From: Bugula neritina
Taxonomy: Eukaryota > Animalia > Bryozoa
Reading direction: 5' to 3'
Assembly: GCA_964035545.1 (NCBI GenBank)
Contig: OZ037769.1
Location: forward strand, 9,074,129-9,138,128
Length of the DNA: 64,000 bases
Part shown: piece by piece, positions 61,648 through 64,000 of the stretch
Layout: each line of letters opens with the position of its first letter
Position numbering within the stretch: the first letter of the stretch is position 1
Position numbers and translations under genes: made by a program
The notes under the pieces: generated by a model
The model's database searches: none
Told to the model about the DNA's origin: nothing
The model's input: the letters and a program-made list of their open reading frames with translations, nothing else

Positions 61648-64000
61648 TGTAATGTTTTAGTAATTAAATAGATCAGGGCATGAAACCTGTTTTGTTATCT
61701 GTATTGTTATTTTACCCCTGTTACAAGAGTTATGTCAGGTCAACAACAGAATATAATATGATTTAATATATTTTTATGTCCACTGATAAAATTAAACAAA
61801 ATAAATCAGTTTAGATCTGTGTCACAAACTACAAAGACAGTCCCTTGCTGCTCCTATCATAAAATATATTAACATTAAAATTGGCGACAAAGATAATAAA
61901 GCAGGATAATTTGATGCTCTTTTTGGAAGGGGATTGTGGTTTCTATACAAGGTTAGCAGTATTATAATGACTGCTGGTGGTAATAAAAGTGTACCAGACT
62001 GCCAGTATTTAGTAGTAAAATTGAGACTTATTTGGAAAGGTTAGAAAGCTACTTTGAGTTTCACAGCACTTCTGAAGGAAAATGAAAACATGTTCCTATA
62101 ATGGGACTCTCAAAAGCCAAAGGAAAAGGACTACAATGTTGGTGACATTTTTAGAGTCTCGCTTTGATAAGGCGACCAACAATATGGTCGAGAGGGTCAG
62201 GTTTCGTAGAGTGAAGAGAACAGAGAGCCAGAGTGTTACCAATTATGAGGCTTATTTACGAACTCAACCTAGAACATGTGAGTTTGGTACTATGCTAAAT
62301 GGAAACCTGCTTGAACAGTTGCACATTGGTGTAAATAGCAAGGCTGTTCAATATCGTGTTGCTGCTATGGCCACAGAGCCAAAGAATGACTTGAAAGAAG
62401 TTATAAAGGTAGCCCTTTGAGGGGAAATTGATAAGAAAATTGACAAGTTCTCCATTAATGATCTGCCAGAGACAGTTAGAACTGTTTCGCATGCTCAAAC
62501 AAAGGTCAAGTCAAATCACCAAAAGTGTTTCTGCTGAAATAAGTTTGGACATTTGAGCTCTAGTTGTAACAAGTGTAAAAAGAAAGGACACTATGCTGGC
62601 TCATAATATTGCAACAAAAAATCATTTAAAGCCAATGTGAATATTGTTGGAACCCCAACTAAAACTCACAGCAAGGAATGACAACTCCATAACTTATTCA
62701 CTGTAGAGCAGATTAATGCAAAAATGCCAGAATGCAAGCTATCTATGCTCGGTGAGACTGTACAATTTATTATAGACACTGGTGCTTGTACAAATATCAT
62801 AAATAATAAAACATAGAAAGTTTAAGCAAACAGGCGAAATAACTCTTGAAAATGTAGATCAACACAATTTATTAGCTTATGCTAATGTAAAGCCACTAGA
62901 TATTTAGGGTAAGTTTTACATAGATGTTGATTGTAACAGCAAGCATGCTAAAACTGAATTTTATGTCATTAATAGCATGGCAAAATGATTGCTTAGTTGT
63001 AAAACTGCCACAAGTCTTTCTTTGATATTATGTAGTGAGAATGGTGTGTGCAGTGATTTACCTTAGACTGCAAATAAAATTATGAACAATTTTCCGGAAG
63101 CTTTTCAAGGTCTGGGAAAGCCTAGGGGTACACTGTCAAGTTTTACATTGACAAAAATATTCAGCTAGTAGCAAAGTCAGTCTGTCGACTACCAATAGGT
63201 TTGAGAGATAAAGTCCATGCTAGGGATAGTTTAGTGAAAAAAGTTGTATAGTTTGGTGGAAAAATGATGTTATAAAACGGGCAATAGGAGTTGGCTCGAA
63301 ATGAGTTAGCTCAATTGTTTGTGTTCTTAAAGATAACGGAGACATAAGTAAAAAAATTGATATGCGGTAAGCTAACAAAGCAATAATTCGCGAACACCAT
63401 TTCTTGCCCACCACCAAGGAAATGTTAGCTAATTTAGAAGGAGAAAAACAATCTCTAGCTACAGTACATATGAATCAAGGATTTCATCGAGTCGGAATTG
63501 ATGACGGTTCACGGGCTATTACCACATTTTCAACACCATTGGGTTTACACAGATATAAACACTTGACCATTGGGGTAAATGCAAGTCCTGAAAATTTTCA
63601 GTATGTAATTCAAAAGGTATGCATTGGCAGGCCTTGATGAGGTCCAGAATATGACTCACGACATCATGCTGCATGCAAGTTCAGTAGAAGGAGCACGAAA
63701 AAAGGTTAATTGCATTTTAACTAGGAGAAAAGATTTGGGTATTACTCTCAATCCAATTAAGTGTAGTTTCAGATTGAAATCTGTGAGGTTTCTGGGTCTT
63801 GTAGTGTCAGATAAAGGTGAGTCCCCTGACTCTCAAGAAGTTGCTTCCAGTCTAAATTTCCAAGCCTCTGTGAGTGCCGCAGAGTGTAGGGGTTTTATGG
63901 GATTGGTTGATTTCGTGGGCAGATTTATACCTGACCTAGCTACTGTATCTAAGCCAATCAGAAAATTAATGCATAAAAATGCAGAGTTTAATTGGAGTAA
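61648..64000 (+). mobile_element. Second decayed Ty3/gypsy element: 5' LTR (about 61648-61874), PBS, gag, protease, RT; runs off the window
   Basis: TG..CA LTR with AATAAA, PBS TGGCGAC at 61882, gag ERVRFRRVKR..CEFG, CCHC knuckle CNKCKKKGH, protease FIIDTGA, RT GFHRV..ITTFSTPLGLHRY. Confidence 0.88.

Overview
AT-rich, intron-containing animal (invertebrate-like) genomic DNA. About 0.7-14.8 kb is a slightly decayed endogenous Maverick/Polinton (adintovirus-type) DNA virus with all genes on +. Its left module has TATA boxes and spliced genes: a 171-aa ORF, a 3-exon putative OB-fold SSB, a spliced protein-primed PolB with zinc-finger, OTU-like and Vsr-like domains, and a Bcl-2-like ORF. Its right module is compact and intron-less: packaging ATPase, membrane-lytic protein, conserved Polinton protein, chromo-integrase, penton, core protein, major capsid, adenain protease. 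Exactly between the two modules (8651-8720) lie seven head-to-tail decamers matching the p53-family half-site RRRCWWGYYY, next to the Bcl-2-like ORF. This suggests a p53/DNA-damage-inducible provirus with its own apoptosis brake (hypothesis). The rest is host DNA: an MPPED1/2-like gene, two tandem caveolins sharing a gene-conversion tract, a very divergent DEG/ENaC gene, an ER-retained carboxylesterase, an MBD4-like glycosylase, nested hAT/TTAA-type MITEs, a 420-bp foldback, tRNA-derived SINEs and nested decayed Ty3/gypsy elements. All calls come from reading motifs by eye; no database searches were run.
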